Source: the human T2T-CHM13v2.0 reference genome, Homo sapiens
Assembly: GCF_009914755.1 (NCBI RefSeq)
Contig: NC_060941.1
DNA: 64,000 nt
Direction: 5' to 3' (one strand)
A program made the translations under genes and the position numbers. This document shows, piece after piece, positions 42,535 through 60,358 of this stretch (its first letter is position 1; every line of letters starts with the position of its first letter). The notes below the pieces were generated by a model, which made no database searches, was not told where the DNA came from, and was given only the letters and a program-made list of their open reading frames with translations.

Positions 42535-45337
42535 CCAGCTGAGTGATATTTACCCCATGCAGAGTGGCCTCAGTCAAGTAATGCAGGAATGGGTTTTCTG
42601 ATAGACGGGCGTTGGTCCAGGGCAGCTCAGCTCAAGTTGCCCAGGCTGGGAAAGGGCCAGACCTCTCTCCTTGATGAAGAGGTGGTTCTGGTCTGCTGAT
42701 GTGTGCATGGGGCCCAGGGCCCAGAGGAGGAAGGGGCACTGTGGGGACTCCTTGGAGCCAGCATGAGCTGTGAGCTGAGAGACACAGGCAGGAGGTCTCG
42801 GCCACTCTTCTCTCCTAACCCTGAGCTTCTACTTCTGCTGCTGGGCCTGCCATGGCCTTCCTGCCCATCCAGTGGGAAGCATAGGAACAATAGCTCCTGA
42901 CTCCTGAATAACACTTGATAGCACTGTTTTATAGTCTGTCTCTTCATTGACTGTGTGAGCTTCTCTACAACTTGATGAGGTTAGTTAGGTGGGCAGTGGG
43001 GATGTGGCTATTCCCATTTTAAAGACCATGGAATGAGGCTGAGGAGGTTAACCACCTGACCACACGTTGCACCAGAGGCCCAGGTGAACCAGCAGCCCTG
43101 CCCTCTGATCCACGTCTGGCATTCTTTCATCTACTCTTCCAAATGAGAGTGAGAGCTCTTTTGGTTTGAGTACTGTGCTAGGTGTTGCCTCTTTTGAATC
43201 ACTTCTCTGTATTCCTGCCATGTGCCATGTTTCTTAAGGGTGTGAATATCTCAGTTTTTACTTTCCAACTAACATATGTGTTCTGTGTTTAATTTTCGCT
43301 TAGATAACTGAACCTGCCACTGTGAGGCATGATGCCATAGCAGGGATATGGTGTGGACTGGGGCATAGTACTTCGTCTCTCCATGCTCAGTATAGTAGGA
43401 ATGGGAGATAGAAAAGACAATGATTGAAGAGTAAACATAGGGTGCCATTGACATACCCCATTCAGGTCTCAGAGAGCTTCTGAACCTGTGTAAACCACTG
43501 ACCTCACTTTACTGCTTTATAATTTGCATTGTGTAACTCTGTCTCCAGGAGACCTCAGGCTTCTTTAGAGCAGAGGGCATTTCTTTTCGCTTTTGTCTCT
43601 CCCGCCCTTAGAAGGTGCTTGGCACATTCTTGGCTCTTTCCTGGATCTGTCACATTCTCTTTGCTAAGCACCAAGAGGCAATTTGTGCTGATAGAGGCAA
43701 TCTCTATCAGTAGGATAGCTGACCCCATCTTCATCAGTAGGATAGCTGCCTCCAAGTAGGTCTCTACTGGAAACTCTCTGACAGAGGTGGGGGCTGTCCC
43801 ACTCCCCAGAACCTTGAGTGTCAGAGGCAGAATCCCAAAGGCCTGGTCATGCCACCTTGGGACAGTCTGGGGTGGGCCTCTCTCTGGGAGCCAGCTCACA
43901 GTTCCCATGCTGTCTCCAGCAACTGTTCTTTGACACACATATGAGGACAACATTTCTCCTATCTGTTGGAACACAGTCAACATTTAGTGTCTGAGTCCCC
44001 GTTTCCCTCTGCATTTCTAGCTACCTGTTTGAATGTTGTTAGGTAGGCAGCCAGCCACAGGGACCGAGGCATTTGAAGCTCCAAGGCAGTTGCTGACTTC
44101 TGAAGCAGGGAGTGGGAGACTGACTATCAGTTCCCGCTCCTCTGCTTCAGGGCCCTGCCAGTATTGTAATAACATCTCCAGAACATGTCTAACTACACGT
44201 TACAATTATCCTCTCCAGGTCCTGCATTGCATTTCCTTAGAATCTCCCCCGAGCCTGATAGCATGCAGCTTCTACCAGGGAGTCCATTGTACCCCTAATT
44301 TCTTTCTTTGCTGCGTCAGCCAGTCTCCTTGGGCTTCTGCCTCAGCAGGTGGGCTGGGTGAGGATTTTCCATCAGTCCAAGCATATCTTTCAACAAAGAC
44401 TTCAACTTTAAAGAAATCCTGTGTCTCTAGGTGCTGATTCTTCTGAGCAATTTTCAGAGGCCTCCTTTGCCTGCTTTCACCCAAGGGAAATTTCTGGCCC
44501 TCAGACCACGCGTACTTGGCTCTCTGACAGTGTACCTGCACCCACCACCCTCATGGTGAGGTTCATCTCAAATGAGTTTTAGAACTTCCTTCTGACTCTT
44601 GGGAGATCTTCCTAAGGGGATTTTCCAAACTGTAAGGAGAAAAGGGAGGTGGGTAAACAGTGAGTCTGAGCATGGGAGAGGGATGCATGATACCGTTGAA
44701 GATAGGGACATGCCATAGGGACATCCCTCCCAATCCCCCCACGATATAAGCTAACTATGGGGCTCCTGGAATTGGTTGACTAAGCTGAGGCTTCTGGGCA
44801 CTGAAATAACATTATTTAATGACAGTGTTAGGAAGAAGCTCTTCTGAAGGCAGTGAAACAGGATGGATGTCTCGACAGGAAGAGTTAGAAATTCACCCTT
44901 TATTTATTATTTTCTTCCTTTTATTTTTTAAAAATCAGTTTTCTTAGGTTGAAAGAAATTCACCCTTTATCAAGAATTATTTATAGTTCCTCTGGAGTGA
45001 GAGAGGAAGACATTACCCACGCAGTGCTCTGTGGAATCATCTGAGCCACCACTTCTGCCTTGGGGACATCATCTGGGGAAGTATCTAGATCCTTTGGCTG
45101 AACAACGTGTTTTGAGGTCTTTAATATGTCACCTTAAGGATGAGGCCTAGAGAACATGGCCTTTTGTTGAACAGTTTGTAAGCTCTCAAATGTGAGTAAA
45201 TGTGAGGAGGGTCTTGAGAGATATAGGAAGCTCAAGAAACCTAGCTAGAGTCTCTAGACTGTTGAGAAAAGTGGTGAGAAGAAATTCCCATTGTGGGGGA
45301 TGGGAGTGGTGGTTCAGGAGGATTTTTGAGAATGGGG

Positions 45338-47021
45338 ATAGAGAGCCTAGAAATAAGGCCACACACCCATGGCCATCTGATCTTCGACAAAGCAAGCAAT
45401 GAGTAATGGACTCCTTGTTCAATAAATGGTGCCGGGTTGACTGATTAGCCATATGCAGAAGATTGAAACTGGACTCCTTCCTCACACCATATACAGAAAT
45501 CAACTCAAGATGGATTAAAGACTTAAATGTAAAACCCAGAACTATAAAAACTCTGGAAGACAACCTAGGCAATACCACCCTGGATATAGGAACGGGCAAA
45601 GATTTCATGATGAAGACACTAAAAGCAATTGCAGCAAAAGCAAAAATTGACAAATGTGATCTGATTAAACCTAAGAGCTTCTGCACAGCAAAAGAAATTA
45701 TCAACAGAGTAAACAGAGTAAACAACCTATAGAATAGGAGAAAATATTTGCAGACTAAGTATCCAACAAAGGTCTCATATCCAGCATCTATAAGGAACTT
45801 AAACAAATTTATAAGAAATAACTAACAATTCCAACAAAAAGTGGGCAAAGTATATGAACAGACACTTTGCTAAAGTAGACATATATGTGGCCAACAAGCA
45901 AATGAAAAAAAGCTCAATATCATGATCATTAGAGAAATGCAAATCAAAGCCACAATAAGATATATCATCTCACACCAGTCAGAATGGCTATTATTAAAAA
46001 GTCAAAAAATAACCGATGGCTGGTAAAGTTGCAGAGAAAAGGAAATACTTATACACTGTTAGTTGGAGTTTAAATTAGTTCAACCATTATGGAAAGCAGT
46101 GTGGTGATTCCTCAAAGAGCTAAAAACAGGACTACCATTTGACCCAGCAAACCTATTACTGGGTATATGCCCAGAGGAATAGAAATCATTCTACCATAAA
46201 AACATGTGCAACAAATGTTCATTGTAGCACTATCCAAAATAGCAAAGACATGGAATCAACCTAAATGTCCATCAATGACAGATTGGATAAAAAATGTAGT
46301 ACATAGGTCCCATGGAATACTATGCAACCATAAGAAAGAACAAGATCATGTCTTTTGCAGGAACATGATGGAGCTGGAGGCCATTATCCTTAGCAAACTA
46401 ATGCAGAAACAGAAAACTAAATAGTGCATGCTCTTACTCATAAGAGGGAGCTAAATGAGGAGACATCATGAATACAAAGAGGGGAACAACAGACACTGGG
46501 ACCTCTTTGAGGGTGGAGGGTAGGAGGAGGGAGAGGAGCAGAAAAACATTAATCTTGTTGTACAGATTATTTTGTCACCCAGGTACTAAATGTGGTACTA
46601 TTGGGTACCCTACCACTGTTTTATCAAACAAGTTTCTGTAATAGTATAAATCCTTTGTTGTCATTACAACAATGTTCATGGCATCTTCACCAGGAGTAAA
46701 TCTCATCTCAAGAAACCACTTTTTTTGCTTATCCATAAGAAGCAACTCCTCATCTATTCAAATTTGATCATGAGATTGCAGCAATCTGGTCACATCTTCA
46801 GGTTCACTCTAATTCAAGTTCTCTTGCTGTTTCTACCACATCCACAGTTACTTCCTTCACTGAAATTTTGAACCTGTCAAAATTTGGTACCTTACTGTTG
46901 TGTACCAGGTTTAGTACCTGGGTGACAAAATAATCTGTACAACAGACCCCCCGTGATACCAGTTAACCTAGGTAACAAACCTGCACATGTACTCCTGAAC
47001 CTGAAATAAAAAAAAAAAAAA
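45338..47021 (+). mobile_element. 5'-truncated L1PA15/16-like LINE (end of ORF2 plus 3'UTR)
   Basis: ORF 45463-45732 [12 protein letters not shown]...KSFCTAKE matches L1 ORF2p; 3'UTR tagtacctgggtgacaaaataatctgtacaac; poly-A. Confidence 0.93.
46613..46881 (-). mobile_element. Tigger1 internal (transposase) fragment without TIRs
   Basis: catcttcaccaggagta..tctcaagaaaccac..tccataagaagcaactcctcatc..tcatgagattgcagcaat matches the Tigger1 internal sequence. Confidence 0.85.
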
Positions 47022-47163
47022 TGGGAATTTTTAGGTTACAAGTTCTTTTTCTGTGAAATAAGTCCCCAGCCATTGCATCAAATACTCAGTAAATCCTTCT
47101 AGCAATATGGGAGTGATTTGGGCAAAATCAGAAGAAACCCACAAAAACTCTGTTGCACATCAT

Positions 47164-47646
47164 TGTGCTGAACCTCTATTAATCTCAGTAGGGAAGACAC
47201 CAGGCTCAAGAGGCCAAAGAAGACACTCAGAGCCAGTAAATGAGACATGGGGTCTTATTAGGGGCTTCCACACAAGGGAGACAGTGCAGCGACAGCGGGC
47301 TGGACAAGATAACCACAGGGCCCAGTAGCTGCGGGCTGGAGAGGAAAACCACAACTGCCTGCAAATGTCATGCAGTTTATGTAGCATTTCCACTTACTCC
47401 CCTCCCTCCAACAACCTTCACCTGGCAACCTTCATTTAACCCAAAACTCAGGGCCTCAATCCCCTGTACAGCCTGTGTTTCACCAGATGGGCCAGGGACT
47501 CAGATGTTTATTGTAGATAAGGAATGAATCTCCAGGTTGGCCACTCCCGGATTCTCTAGCTCAGAACACACATTCAGGTGCATCTGCCATACAGGGTTGT
47601 TCTAAGGGTGTGCTTCAATGATGCTATCAGGTGTGTTTACTGTACA
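47164..47646 (-). mobile_element. LTR32-like ERVL solo LTR
   Basis: Reverse of TGTACAGTAAACACACCTGATAGCA...ccctgtatggcagatgcacctgaatgtgtgttc; TG...CA ends. Confidence 0.7.
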
Positions 47647-49227
47647 CACATTAGGATCAGTGAATGCAGAGGAAAGAAGAGGTGGGGAAGGGAATTCAGA
47701 AACAAGACCGAATTTGGTAAGACTAGGGATTCAAAGCCCGTGGAGGTCACAAAAATGTATGTCTTTGGGGATTCATAGAAATCTTAGGAAGAGCCTTTGT
47801 CTTCTAGGAGGTTGTGGAAGCAATGTTGCCAATTTTATTTGAATCGGAAAGCTTATAAAAACCTTATACAGGGGGATTCCCAGGCCAGATGGCCGAATAG
47901 GAACAGCTTCAGTCTGCAGCTCCCAGTGAGACCAACGCAGAAGGTGGGTGATTTCTGCATTTCCAACTGAGGTACCCAGTTCATCTCACTGGGACTGATT
48001 AGACAGTGGGTGCAGCCCATGGAGGGTGAGCCAAAGCAGGGTGGAGTGTTGCCTCACCTGGGAAGTGCAAGGGGTCGGGGAACTCCCTCTCCTAGCCAAG
48101 GGAAGCCATGAGGGATTGTGCCATGAGGGTTGGTGCATTCTAGCACAAACACTATGCTTTTCCCATGGTCTTCCCAACCTGCAGACCAGGAGATTACCTC
48201 CGGTGCCTATGCCACCAGGGCCCTGGGTTTCAAGCACAAAGCTGGGCGGCTGGTTGGGCAGACACCAAGCTAGCCACAGGAGTTTTTTTTAGTACCCCAG
48301 TGGCGCCTGGAATGCCAGCGAGACAGAACCATTCACTCCCCTGGAAAGGGGGCTGAAGCCAGGAAGCCAAGTGCTCATGCTCAGCGGATCCCACCCCGAT
48401 GGAGCCCAACAAGCTAAGATCCACTGGCTTGAAACTCTCACTGCCAGCACAGCAGTCTGGAGTTGACCTGGGATGCTCAAGCTTGGTGGGGGGAGGGGTG
48501 TCCACCATTTCTGAGGCTTGAGTAGGCAGTTTTCCCCTCACAGTGTAAACAAAGCCGCTAGAAAGTTTGAACTGGGTGGAACCCACCACAGCACCGCAAA
48601 GCCACCATAGCCAGACTGCCTTTCTAGATGCCTACTCTCTGGATGCCTCCTCTCTGGGCAGGGTATCTCTGAAAGAAATGCAGCAGCCCCAGTCAGGGGC
48701 TTATAGATAAAACTCCCATCTCCCTGGGGCAGAGCACCTGGGGGAAGGGGTGGCTGTGGGCACAGCTTCAGCAGACTTAAATGTTCCTGCCTGCCAGCTC
48801 TGAAGAGAGCAGTGGACCTCCCAGCACAGCACTCAAGCTCTGCTAAGGGACAGACTGCCTCCTCAAGTAGGTCCCTGACCCCCGTGTCTCCTGATGGGGA
48901 GACACCTCCCAGCAGGGGTTGACAGACACCTCATAGAGGAGAGCTCCAGCTGGCATCTGGCAGTTGCCCCTTTGGGATGAAGCTTCCAGAGGAAGAAGCA
49001 GGCAACAATCTTTGCTGTTCTGCAGCCTCCGCTGGTGATAGGCAAACAGGGTCTGGAGTGGAACTCCAGCAAATGCCAGCAGACCTGCAGCAGGGGAACC
49101 TGACAGTTAGAAGGAAAACTAACAAACAGGAAGCAGTAGCATCAACATCAACAAAAAGGATGACCACTCAAAAACCCCATCCAAAAGTCACCAACATCAA
49201 AGACCAAAGGTAGACAAATCCATGAAG

Positions 49228-50257
49228 ATGAGGAAAAACCAGTGCAAAAATGCTGAGACTTCCAAAAACCAGAAAGCCTCTTCTCCTCCATAGGATCACA
49301 ACTCCTCGCCAGCAAGGGAACAAAACTGGATGGAGAATGAGTTTGATGAATTGACAGAAGTAGGCTTCAGAAGGTGGGTAATAACAAACTCCTCCAAGCT
49401 AAAGAAGCATGTTGTAACCCAATGCAAGGAAGCTAAGAACTTTGATAAAAGGTTACAGGAACTGCTAACTAGAATAACTAGTTTAGAGAAGAACATAAAT
49501 GACCTGATGGAGCTGAAAAACACAGCATGAGAACTTTGTGAAGCATAGACAAATATCAATAGCTGAATTGATCAAGCGGAGGAAAGGATAGCAAAGACTG
49601 AAGATCAACTTAATGAAATAAAGTGTGAAGACAAGATAAGAGAAAAAAGAATGAAAAGGAACAAACAAAGCCTCCAAGAAATATGGGACTATGTGAAGAG
49701 ACCAAACCAACATTTGATTGGTGTACCTGAAAGTGATGGGGAGAATGGAAACAAACTGGAAAACACACTTCAGGATATTATCCAGGATCACTTCCCCAAC
49801 CTAGCAAGACAGGCCAACATTCAAATTCAGGAAATACAGAGAATACTGCAAAGATACTCCTTGAGAAGAGCAACCTCAAGACACATAATCATCAAATTCA
49901 CCAAGGTAGAAATGAAAGAAAAAATGTTAAGGACAGCCAGCCAGAGAGAAAGGTCGGGTTACCCACATAGGGAAGCCCATCAGACTAACAGCATATCTCT
50001 CTGCAGAAACCCCACAAGCCAGAAGAGAGTGGGGGCCAATATTTAACATTCTTAAAGAAAAGAATTTTCAACCCACAGTTTCACATCCAGCCAAACTAAG
50101 CTTCATAAGTGAAGGAGAAATAAAACCCTTTGCAGACGAGCAAATGCTAAGGGAATTTGTCACCACCAGGCCTGCCTTACAAGAGCTCCTGAAGGAAGCA
50201 CTAAATATGGAAAGGTAAAACCAGTACCAGCCACTGCAAAAACATACCAAAATGTAA
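49228..50257 (+). pseudogene. L1 ORF1p, disrupted
   Basis: ATGAGGAAAAACCAG start; fragments MENEFDELTEVGFRRW and QEIWDYVKRPN; internal stops (TGA at 49528) and frameshifts. Confidence 0.92.
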
Positions 50258-50320
50258 AGACCATCAACACTATGAAGAAACTGCATCAACGAATGGGCAA
50301 AATAACCAGCTAGCATCATA

Positions 50321-54150
<3,830 letters not shown>

Positions 54151-54371
54151 ACAATGAGAACATATGGACACAGGGAGGGGAACATCACACACTGGAGCCT
54201 GTCAGGGGGTGTGGGTGAAGGGGAGGGATAGCATTAGGAGAAATACCTAATGTAGATGACGGGTAGATGAGTGCAGCAAACCACCATGGCACATGTATAC
54301 CTATGCAACAAATCTGCACATTCTGCACATGTATCCCAGAACTTAAGTATAATTAAAAAAAAAAAAAAAAA

Positions 54372-54719
54372 CCACAAGCTGCAGGGCACCAGTTCCCCAA
54401 GACCAAAGAAAACCTCAAAAGTTGTATTAGCAATTACCAACAAATATGTATTGATCACCTACTGCATCTGCATACCAGACCAGACACTGCCAACTCTCAG
54501 GGCCTGGCATACAGTAGGAGTTCAACCTCTGCAAAGCTAGACTCATGAAGAGGGCAAACCTAAAGTGTAAATTTTCACTGAAATTACCATAAGCAGCAAA
54601 TGGCCAGGCAGAGTCTATACCTTTGAGGCCTTTTTTTTTTTTTTTTAAGTCAGTCTCTCTTTCTCCTCTCTATCTTTCTTGTACTTGCTTTTGGGCATTT
54701 CAAAAAAAAAAAAAAAAAC
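54372..54719 (+). other. Putative L1 3'-transduced segment with a second A-tract
   Basis: Lies between the L1 poly-A and the downstream copy of the L1 5' TSD (aaaccttataca at 54720-54731). Confidence 0.7.
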
Positions 54720-55208
54720 AAACCTTATACAACATTCAAGTATGTTTGAATGCACACAGACACAAAAAAAGGAAAAAAAAGAAAAGTTTAGGAAGTTCAC
54801 ACCTCAAACTGTTTAGCTGCATGTGGGGAATACTACTTGGTGTGAGTTATCAGGAGGTTGAGGGGACTGTTTCCTTTTTTCAGTACATATACTTCAGTAT
54901 TATTTCAATCAAAAGCACATTAATAAATATATCATTTTATAATTTAAAGACAAAAAGAGATGCAAATGCCCATAATCTCACTGCCCAGATGTAATAACTT
55001 TTAACATTTAATATGCATTCTTTCTGATTTTTTCTCTAATTTTAAATTTATTTTTAAATTAACATCTTTCTGACGTTTTTATCCATATGTAAATACATAT
55101 ACATGTATGTGCAAAAAATATCAAAGTATACTGTGGTGTAGCCTGCTTTTAAAGCTTAATGATATATCTTAGACGTCTTTTCATTTTCTCAAAATACGGA
55201 TATGTAGC

Positions 55209-55513
<305 letters not shown>

Positions 55514-55894
55514 TGATATTCCATTGTATATGTGTCTCATGGTTTATGTAACCGATTCTCTATTAACGGACATTAAGGCTGTTTCTATTTTCTTTGCTAC
55601 TATAAGCAGCATTGCAATTAGTATCCTTATAGATGCATCTTTTCGCATTTTTTACTTACGTCCATAGAAAACATTCTAAGAGTTGGAATTACTGGATCAA
55701 AGGAGAGTTGTGTTAAAAATTTTGATACATAATGTCCTCCAGAAACAACCAATTTCCCCTTCTACCACCAGCTATCAGCGCTCACATATTTTTTGAATGC
55801 CTACTGTGTTCTAGACAAATAAGACATTATTTTTGCCCTGAGGGGGTTTACATGCTTGTTAGTTGGTTTGTTAACACATACTCAGACTCCCTAT

Positions 55895-56150
55895 TTATTT
55901 AACAAGCTCTTACACAATGCTTAGTACCATGTGCCAGATACTATTCTAAGGAGCTTAAAATATTAAGTCATTTAATCCTCATGACAATCTTATAAGATGG
56001 TACTATTATTATTTCCACTTTACAAATGGAGGAGCTAAGCAAAGGAGTTAAGCAACTTGCTCAGGTTCACACAGGTGACAAGTGGTAGAGCTAGTAGTAA
56101 AATCTAAGAAATATCCTGGCTCCAGAATTTGTTCTTAATCCTGTGCTGTG
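55895..56150 (-). mobile_element. MIR SINE
   Basis: tcatttaatcctcatgacaa...gttaagcaacttgctcaggttcacacag. Confidence 0.85.
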
Positions 56151-56239
56151 GCTCCTCTTGGCACAACAGGTAATGACACTCTCAGCACTGAGATAATAGA
56201 TTCAGTGACTTGGAAAACCTCCTTTCTATGATGAAAGTG

Positions 56240-56655
56240 AATAGGGAGATGGGCTTTCAATTGGCCAAGCCCATCCTTTCAGGGCTAGGAGGGAAAGACA
56301 TGATTTTGTGATTTTCAGCTTGAGCACTTAGGAATCTGCCCTTTCCCTTAACTGAAATGGGTAACCCACAAGGGAGATAGGTTGAGGGTGGGGATGAAAG
56401 ACAGAGACTTCTGTTTTGGATTTGTTGATTCAAAATGTTGTGAGCTATCCAGATGAAAGGGCCAGACAGCAGAGGGAAATCCATATTTGGTGCTTGGGAG
56501 AGGAGACAGGTCCAGAGGAGAGTCCTGAGAGTCACCAGCCTAGGGGAAGACAGTGAGGCCCTGAGAGGGATGTGATCCCACAGGGAGGCCACACAGATGA
56601 GGAAGAGCAGAGGTCCAAAGGCTGGGCCTTGAGAAATGCCTCCATTTAAGGGAAT
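56240..56655 (-). mobile_element. L2 relic
   Basis: ttaactgaaatggg; gaagagcagaggtccaaaggctgggccttgag. Confidence 0.7.
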
Positions 56656-56776
56656 GGTGCTCAACCTTGGCTGCATGTTGGGGTCACTTAGAGGTTATAA
56701 AAGCTCCTGATGCCTGGGTCTCACCTCCAGATATTCTGATTTCATTGGCCTGAAAGGCAATCTGGCTATCAGAATG

Positions 56777-56815
<39 letters not shown>

Positions 56816-56905
56816 CTTTAAAAATTATTATTTATTTTTGGTATCTGACTTTTTAAGGCTTCCCAGGTAATAATACTGTGTAGCTGAAGTGAACAGCAAT
56901 CAGTT
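56656..56905. mobile_element. MER5-type MITE containing (GT)n at ~56779-56812
   Basis: ggtgctcaaccttggctgca...tgatgcctgggtctcacctccagatattctgattt. Confidence 0.7.
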
Positions 56906-57004
56906 AAAGGGGATGACAGAAGAGAAATTCAAGAAGCCATCTCACAGGGCCAGAGAGAGGGTAGAAGTGTTTTCATTTGTTCCATAACATGCATTGAGTA
57001 CCTA

Positions 57005-57265
57005 ATAATAATAGCTACCACCTAGTGAAGGCTGTGGCCAGGCCCTGTGCTGAGTCATTTGCACACATTATCTCATCTAATGCTCACACCACACAACATT
57101 ATGAGATATTCTTACCCCCTTTTGCAGATGGAGAAACTAAGAATCAGAGAAGTCAAATAACTTGGCTAAAGTCATACTTCTAAAACTTAGTGGGAGAGTC
57201 AGGATTCCAATGTGGTGTAGGATATCTTCCAAACCCTTGGAGTTAATCACTGTGCTATGCTGCCC
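57005..57265 (-). mobile_element. MIR SINE
   Basis: ttttgcagatggagaaactaagaatcagagaagtcaaataacttgg. Confidence 0.82.
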
Positions 57266-57689
57266 ATCACCTGCCAGATTTTCTGCTTGGAACTGTCAAG
57301 GGGCTTGCGGTCTTGTGGGTATAGAAGAGTTACACATAATGAGGTAAGTGCTGCGGTGGAGGAAGGTAAAATATCCCGGTGGAGAAAGCTCATAATAGCC
57401 TGGAGGACTCAAGAAAAGCTTTGCCTATGAGCTAATGCCTCGGGAAATATTTTCTATTTATTCCTGCACCCAGAAACAGGCTCCACCTCTTGATAGGAGG
57501 GGAACACATGTCTGTAGGGAGAAAAGAGTTGATGGTGGCCATCTTGAAGGTAAACGACTACAGTCTTGATCCTGGGCACTTCTGAGAGAGGCCTGGTAGC
57601 TGTTAACTTTCCTTTCAGACCCTTTGGGTTTATGAAGATGACAAAATCTCTCAAGCGAATGGCAGCCAGATTGGTTTCTATCTACTTTC

Positions 57690-57995
57690 ATTTATTTATT
57701 TACCTTTATTTTAATTTGAGAGACAGGGTCTTGGTCTGTTGCCCAGGCTGGAGTGCAGTGGCACAATCATAGCTCACTGCTGCCTGAACCTCCTGGGCTC
57801 GGGTGATCCTCCACTTCAGCCTCCCAAGCAGCTGGGACTACAGTGCACACCACCACACCTGGCTAAGTTTTAAAATTTTTTGTAGAGACAGGGTTTTGCC
57901 ATGTTGCCCAGGCCATTCTTCAACTCCTGGCCTCCAGTGATTCTTTCAGCCTCCTAAAGTGCTGGGATTACAGGTGTCAGCCACTGTGCCCGGCC
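57690..57995 (-). mobile_element. AluJ
   Basis: Reverse dimer with J-type features. Confidence 0.93.
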
Positions 57996-58872
57996 ATCTG
58001 TCTAGTTTTAAACTACCCTATAGTAAGATCCACAACTACTGGGAAGGGGCTCCTAGCCTTAGTCACACTCTGAAGAATTCTTCAGGAGCGGAGCAGCCAA
58101 CTGGGCCAGTGATAGTACCCACTGCCTTCAAGAGAAATGCCCTTACATAAAGTTTGATATCTTATTTGGAAAGGTGTCTTCTAAGTCAATGTGAATTTAC
58201 TGCATTTGGAGGGAGAAAGGGCACATTTCAACTTTCAGAAATGGGAAGCTAAAAGTGGGCATCAGTCAGGGTTGTCATCACCTTATATATCATAACTGAA
58301 TTTGTGCTGATGTCATCCTTGACTACATGAGTCAGAACATAATAAACTTTAAAATTGCCAGAAGAAAGGCTGCTGCTCATGCTTGTGATTTATGACACAA
58401 ATCCAAAGCTGCTACATTTTCTGCACTTACCATTTATATTTGCATGAAGTTCAAAGGGGGAACAAGAAGCTTAACTCTTTCTCTGACGTGGTCAACAAGA
58501 CTGTAGTCTCAGAAGGAACCAGATTTGCTTTGTGCATTTTAACATAGGGTTCTTAGTGTCTGTTTTTGATTGAGAGAGACACCTTTGCATTAACCACACA
58601 ACTTCACTCTCTGTTCCATCCCTGAGGCTGCTCAAGGGAACCAGCTTATTATAAACAGGTTTAATTGAGGTTCCTTAAAAGTCAGGGAGTTGAGAACTCT
58701 TTTATTTGAATGCAATAGCTGTATCAATTTGAGATGCAATTAGTGGCCAAATATATAATTTTATACAAGTGGTCCTCACCAATTTGCAGACTTTTAAAAA
58801 TTAAATTTACTATTAATGAAATTATTCAGGGGTAAGACATTCAACATTAGGATGGTTAAAAATGGCAAGGAA

Positions 58873-59070
58873 TGTTTATATTGCTTCAGGCTGCTTTAAC
58901 AAAATACTTTAGACTTTTGGTGGTTTATAAACAACACTTATTTCTCACAGTTCTGGAGGCTAGGAACTCCAAGATCAAGTTGCCAGCAGATTTGGTGTCT
59001 GGTGAGGGCCCATTCCTTATAGACAGTGCCTTCTTGAGGTGTCCTCACAGGATGGAAGGTGCCAAAGAGT
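58873..59070 (-). mobile_element. MLT1A0/MSTD-like LTR, 3' half only
   Basis: ctcacagttctggaggctagg..tccaagatcaag..tttggtgtctggtgagggccc. Confidence 0.85.
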
Positions 59071-59651
<581 letters not shown>

Positions 59652-60045
59652 GAGGGAAGGATGAAAGAGACTTGAAGACTTGAATGTATTTAAATGTGTA
59701 GACGTGAAGGAGGCAAGGTGGGGGTGGGGGGCAGGAGAGAGAGAGAGAGAGAATGAGAATGAAAGAAAGATATTGATTGATTGATTTTAGGTCCAGAGGA
59801 GGATGAGAATCATCAACAGGTGGAAGGGACAGCATCCAGTTGATAGGTGAAGAGGTTTGTTAGCAGGATGTTGTTGGTTGCAACCCACCCAGTTGCTTCA
59901 AGTAATGGAGTTTATTGACAGTTTGCTGTATGCATGGAAACCCAGGAAAAGTTGAATGGCCAGACTTAGGAAGAGCATGGCCCTAGCAGTGCTGGGTTGC
60001 AGATTTTCACCCCAGAGCACCCATTTACAAGATTCAGTAACTCTT

Positions 60046-60358
60046 GGCTGGGCGTGGTGGCTCATGCCTGTAATCCCAGCACTTTGGGAGGCCGAGGCGG
60101 GTGGATCACAAGGTCAGGAGTTCAAGACCAGCCTGGCCAAGATGATGAAACCCCGTCTCTACTAAAAAAATACAAAAATATAAAAATTAGCTGGGCATGG
60201 TGGCGGGCACCTGTAATCCCAGCTACACGGGAGGCTGAGGCAGAGAATTGCTTGAACCCAGGAGATGGAGGTTGCAGTGAGCTGAGATCACACCACTGCA
60301 CTCCAGCTTGGGTGACAGAGGGAGACTCCATCTCAAAAAAAAAAAAAAGAAAAAAAAA
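60046..60358 (+). mobile_element. AluSg/Sx3-like, within an old reverse MLT1 relic (~59865-60670)
   Basis: ggatcacaaggtcaggagttc; TSD aagatt(c/g)agtaactc. Confidence 0.95.

Noticed and set aside
43706-43748. atcagtaggatagctg repeated twice 27 bp apart
   Set aside because: Ordinary small tandem duplication with two units; not an array or CRISPR-like structure.
45186-45806. Longest ORF (206 aa, hydrophobic, minus strand)
   Set aside because: It is the antisense frame of L1 ORF2; hydrophobicity reflects T-richness.
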